From Leucoraja ocellata (taxonomy: Eukaryota), in NCBI GenBank assembly GCA_036785375.1, contig JAWMAR010000562.1, positions 868,001 to 932,000 of the forward strand: a stretch of 64,000 nt of DNA, given 5' to 3'. Numbering within the stretch: position 1 is the first letter of the stretch; each line of letters begins with the position of its first letter. The notes under the pieces are model-generated. The model ran no database searches, was not told where the DNA came from, and saw only the letters and a list, made by a program, of their open reading frames with translations. Made by a program: the position numbers and the translations under genes. This document shows positions 58,501 to 64,000 of this stretch, one piece after another.

Positions 58501-61500
58501 TGGATTAACACATCAGCAAAGAGAAATAGATCTTGCAGAGGTGGGCTGAGGTTTTCACCTAACGTGTCCTAAATTGACCGCTTACAATTCAGTGTCATAA
58601 TTATCAGGTGTGAAAGCTCCAGAAGCAGATGTTATACCAACTGAAGATCTTATACCAACTAAAGTCTTCAAAGAAGGGACTCGCTTTAAGGGCCTGTCCC
58701 ACTGTACGGGTTAATTCAAGAGTTCTCCCGAGTTTCTCCTAATTCAAACTCGGAGAATTACGGTAATAGCCGCTCGTAGGTACTCGGGGCTCTCGTGGAC
58801 ATTTTTCAACATGTTGAACATGTTGAACATGTTGAACATGTTGAAAAATCTTCACAAGTCCTCACGAGCTTACCGCGTTTCCTGAATACCTGCCGTTAGC
58901 GTTACGAGCCGCTGAGAGACGTCCCAAGCTCCAACGTACCTGCTACGTACATTCTACGTACTTACCACGAGTTTGATTTTTGTTTAAACTGGGGAGAGCT
59001 CTTGGATTACCTCGTACAGTGGGACAGGTTTAGTTTAGTTTTAGAGATACAGCATGGAAACAGGGCCTTCAGCCCACCAAGTCCGCACCGACCAGCGATC
59101 CCCGCACATTAACACTACCCTACCCACACATGGGACAATTTTACATTTTTTTAATATACCAAGCCAATTTATCTACAAACCTGTATGCCTTTGGAGTGTG
59201 GGAGGAAACCGAAGATCTCGGAGAAAACCCACGCGGGGCATGGGAAGAACGTACAAACTCCGTACAGACAGCGCCCATAACCAGGATCAAACCCGGGTCC
59301 CCGGCGTTTTAAGACAGGAGGTCTACCGCTACACCACCGTGTTGCCCCAAATGTTGAATGGGAAACTTACAGAGCAATGTCAGGTGCTAACGAGCAGAAT
59401 ACAAGCACCTCAGGACTTCAAGGGCATCACCATTATCTGCCTATGCAAGCACATGGGACATTGACAAGTTTGTGACAATCACAGATGAAACTCTTTATTT
59501 CCGACTGCTGGTAAAACCTGTGCCAGAGTCCTGTCAAACGCACTGTTCATTCACTCAGCTTGAACAGGGCTTACTCTCAGAGAGCCAATGTGGTTTTGTG
59601 AAGAGTGTGGAAGAGGAAACATGTCTTTGAAGCAAGGCAACTCCACGAGAAGTGCCAAGAACAAGACTGCAGCTTGTCCACCACCTTTTTGGATCTCATT
59701 AAAGCTTTAGCCACTGCTTGCCATGAAGGTCTTTGAAAAATTATGGCAGAGGAGGGTTACCCCAAAAATGTTCAGCACAATTCTCCGACAACTTCATGAT
59801 GGTATAATGGCCAGGGAAGTGGATGACGGAGGGACATTAAACCAATTCCTTCTCACCAATGGTGTGAAGCAAAGCCTTGTGCTGGGCATCACAATGCTTG
59901 CTACAATATTCTCTACAATGCAACCTGATACTTACCCTAATATGAAGATGGAATCATTCTGAGATACTCGACTGCTGGTTCTCCGAGGAGACTCTCAGCC
60001 AAAAGGAAATATAAGAAACATCCTTAAGTGACGTCCCCTTTGTTGATGACACGGTGGCACAGTGGTGCAGCGGTGGAGCTACTGCCTTACAGCGCTAGAG
60101 ACCAGGGTTTAATCCTAACTACGGGTGCTGTCTGTACAGAGTTTGTACGTTCTTCCCGTGAACTGCTTTGTTTTCTCAGAAATCTTCGGTTTCCTCCCAC
60201 ATTCCAAAACCGTACAGGTTTGTACGTTAATTGTACGTTAAAGATTGTTAAGGGCGTGGACACGCTAGAGGCAGGAAACATGTTCCCGATGTTGGGGGAG
60301 TCCAGAACCAGGGGCCAAAGTTTAGGAATAAGGAGTAAGCCATTTAGAACGGAGAAGAGGAAACACTTTTTCTCACAGAGAGTGGTGAGTCTGTGGAATT
60401 ATCTGCCTCAGAGGGCGGTGGAGGCCGGTTCTCTGGATGCTTTCAAGAGAGAGCTAGATAGGGCTCTTAAAAATAGCGGAGTCAGTGGATATGGGGAGAA
60501 GGCAGGAACGGGGTACTGATTGGGGATGATCAGCCATGATCACATTGAATGGCGGCGCTGGCTCGAAGGGCCGAATGGCCTACTCCAGCACCTATTGTCT
60601 ATTGTCTAGTTGGCTTGGTTACAAATGTCAAATTGTCTCTAATGTGTGTAGGATAGTGTTATTGTGCGGGGATCGTTGGTCAGTGCGGACTCAGTGGGCC
60701 GAAGGGCCTGTTTCCGCGCTGTATCACTAAACTAAGACTGAAAAGACTGCACATGCAGTGCAAGTTCAGAAGCTGAGGAGCCACTAGACTTCGACAAATG
60801 CTCCTGTGCCTGGGATAACTTTCGCCTCACAATTAGCACAAAAAAAACTAAATTTATGCAGCCCCCCGCAGCTGCACGCAGAACCAAAGATTCTTGTGAA
60901 TGGTCAGAAGCTTCCAATATTGGACTCGTTTACTTATCTTGGCAGCACTCTCTTTCGAGATCAGTCAACACTGATGCTAAAGACAAGCTCTTTTTCAGGA
61001 AGACTAAGACATAACGTATGGGAGTAAAGAGGAATGAGCCTAAAGACCAAACTGAAAGTGCATCTTGCTGTTATTATCCCGACCTAACTATGTTTCAGTG
61101 TGTTCAGCAGACACGCCAAATAGCCTTAAGGGCCTGTCCCACTTTCCCGAGTTATTCACGAATTCTCCTGAGTTTTCAAACTCGCAGAATGTTCGTAACG
61201 AGTCTGCAGGAGGCTGTACGAGTTCGTGGATGTATCGTAGCGCCAGCCGTAGGTACTCGGGGCATCAGGGAAGTCGGGACGTTTTTTCCAGCCTGATGAA
61301 AAATGTCCACGAGTAAAAAAATATCCCCGAGTACCTACCGCTGCAATAACGAGCCGCTACGATATATCCACGGATTCCAACGGCCTCGTTACGAACATTC
61401 TGCGAGTTTGAAAACTAGGGAGAATTCGTGAATAACTTGGGAAAGCGGGGCAGGCCCTTTAACCACTTCCACAAGACCCGCCTGCACAGAATACCTCATG

Positions 61501-64000
61501 TCAAATGGCAAGACTTCATACAGATTCTGCCCAATAAAACCTTATCAGCATCTACACATTGCTGAAAGAATGACAGATCAGGTGGGAGGATGCCAGAATG
61601 GCACAGAACACCATAGGAGATCCTTTTTCCCTGTGGCTATCAAACTGTGCAGCTCCTCCCCAACTTTGCACATCCCTCATCCTGGACTTTTCCACTCGAT
61701 AATTTCATTCCATGTTTGTGCAATATTACACATGTGCTATGCAATAACTGGCCACTTTAATGTCATTAGTCTTATAATGCAGGTGACACAACCTTTGTAA
61801 CTGAATCTTTGGACTGTCGGCAGACCAGTCTCCCACTGGGATAAATAAATCTGTATCGTATCGTAGGGCTATGTCAGAAGAACGTCGGATCTCCGATGCC
61901 AAAACAGCCACTTTATTGGGAGCTGACTGAGGGCAAACAAGCAAGTAGTGGATGGAGAAAGAGATTCAAAGACTCTGTTCAAACATCCGTGAAGTGTTTT
62001 GACTTGACACGTTAAATGTTGTCAAGCAATCCTTTGAGGGCGCTATTTGTATCAGAATTTCTGTTTAAAGGCAAAGCGTACATTTTATTGGACAGTAAAA
62101 AGGTTGCAGGAACCGCAATAGAACAGAAACAGGGCACTGGATCAAAGGGGATTGTTGTTGTCAGTCAACTGGAAACCAAAGCAACACATTTCCTCCACTT
62201 GTGTACTAATTAATGAGCTGCAGAAGTGCCTTCGCTGGGTTTTCTCCAAGGGGCAAAATGGATCAAAATACCAAACAATGAGGCAAATGCAATGGATCTG
62301 CAATTACCAACTTTCAGTCAGTTCAGGTCATCAAAGAGGCTCTGAAGTGTTACAGCAAGACCCAAATGGGCAGGAGTCAAGTCAAGTCAAGTCAAGTCAA
62401 GAGAGTTTATTGTCATGTGTCCCAGATAAGACAATGAAATTCTTGCTTGCAATGAGATTGTGCTGAGAAATTCCAACCATGAGGTTGAAATTTCTCAGAA
62501 CGAAGCAATGAAGTGGCAATCGACGAAGTGAAAATTGGAGCATTGGTGGTATTTCCTTTGAGACAACAGAGCAAAACTGTAAATGAACCTGTTACTCAAG
62601 ATGCATTCTCGATCAAATAAGGTGAATGATGGAGGTGACTCCACAATGTAAAGGTACTATCATGGGAAAGCAAGCAGGACACAAGAGAAAAACAAGTCTA
62701 CTAAGTGGAAAAGAACACCTCCTTGCAAAAATGAGGAGAATTGTAGTGATCAGATTTCACCTTGCCTTAAAGATAACAGGGCATCGTGTTGAAATATCAC
62801 ATTCATCTAATATTGGTTAGCTTCTGAAAAATAGGTCTCTCAAAACATTAAAGATTACTGGAAGAAGGAGTCAGAATCTTGAGTTTGAACGGAGGCAGAC
62901 AATATCTTCAGCGTGTTTCCAACATTTTAATGTATATTTTGTGCACCAATACAGAAAATGATGTAATTGAATGTACTTAGAAACTTATCAGTAATTTGAT
63001 GTATTCTGAAGGAAGATATGACATTGGGAAAGGCTGCATTTGGAATATTGTGAGCAACTTTGGATACCATATCTGCGGAAGGTTGTGTTGGCTCTGGAGA
63101 GGGTCCAGGAATGAGTAGGTTAACATATGATGAGCGTTTGTCGGCCCTGGGCCTGTACTCCCTTGAGTTTAGAAGAATGAGAGGGAACCTCATTGAATCA
63201 TGGAATAGTGATAGGCTTGGATAAAGTGGATGTGGAGAGGATATTTCCACTAGCAGGAGAGTCTAGGACTAGATGTCATAGCATCAGAATTAAAGGACAT
63301 TCTTTTAGGGAGGAGATGAGGAGAAATGTCTTTATTCAGAGGGTGGTGAATCTGGAATTCTTTGCCACAGAAGGCCATGGAGGCCAAGTCAGTGGATATT
63401 TTTAAGGCAGAGATAGATAGATTCTTGATTAGTACGGGTATCAGTGGTTATGGGGAGAAGGGGTTAGAAGGGAGAGATAAATCAGCCATGATCGAATGGC
63501 GGAGTAGATTTGATGGGCCGAATGGCCTAATTCTACTCGATCACTTATGACCTTATGAACTTATGACATTGTTTATTTATTGTAGGATAGTCCATGATAG
63601 TTTATGTATATCAATAACAGCTATAAGGATGCAGTGTGTGACCAAGCATTGCTTGCACAATGTGAACATAGTCTTGAATTAGGTATGATACCATCGCAGC
63701 TATCTGTGAGCCAAGCATGTGTGACTAGTATTATTAACAAAGGTTCAAAACATCCATGTTGAATTCACAGCCAGCAAGCCCTGAAGTGAAGAATGGTAAT
63801 GTAAAGGGTAGCATTCGTTATCAAGGATTGTGGGCTCTGCTAGATATCTTTTCTCATCAGCCAAATGGATAATGTGACATTAGTTGGGTGTAACTCATAC
63901 ATAAGTGGCCTCAGATGTAGACACCCATGAATGTGAGATTGCAGTTTTGGCTGTACTGAAGGCAAGAATTAGAAGCGATGAGGTAGTTTCAGATGTAATG

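Larger units (their letters stand above)
43270..64000 (+). repeat. Copy 2 of the duplication; it runs off the window end and probably begins before 43270
   Basis: Colinear with 1-19570. It carries an extra Penelope insertion and lacks the CR1 insertion at 12066-12435. Confidence 0.97.

Overview
Repeat-dense vertebrate DNA with no recognisable host protein-coding exon. The V-SINE/HE1-type SINEs and CR1/HER1-type LINEs point to an elasmobranch, probably a skate or ray (inference). Bases 1-19570 recur at 43270-64000, and the two copies are separated by two N-gaps. The copies differ by roughly 1-3% (estimated by eye) and carry copy-specific insertions up to about 15020, then become almost identical. 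Young elements: (1) a CR1 LINE with an intact 963-aa ORF2 and an unusually long, structured 3'UTR (28561-32312, minus); (2) a Mag-like Gypsy LTR element with 186-bp LTRs and a GAAAG TSD that keeps gag and integrase but lacks PR/RT, nested in a near full-length CR1; (3) a Neptune-type Penelope insertion with an 11-bp TSD found in one copy only. The most interesting signals are minimal hammerhead-ribozyme motifs in many Penelope terminal-repeat remnants (several in inverted pairs), the gag-TGA-integrase deletion element, the CR1 3'UTR stem domain, and a locally invariant non-repetitive block carrying an RFX X-box. All family assignments come from motif recognition by eye; no database search was run.
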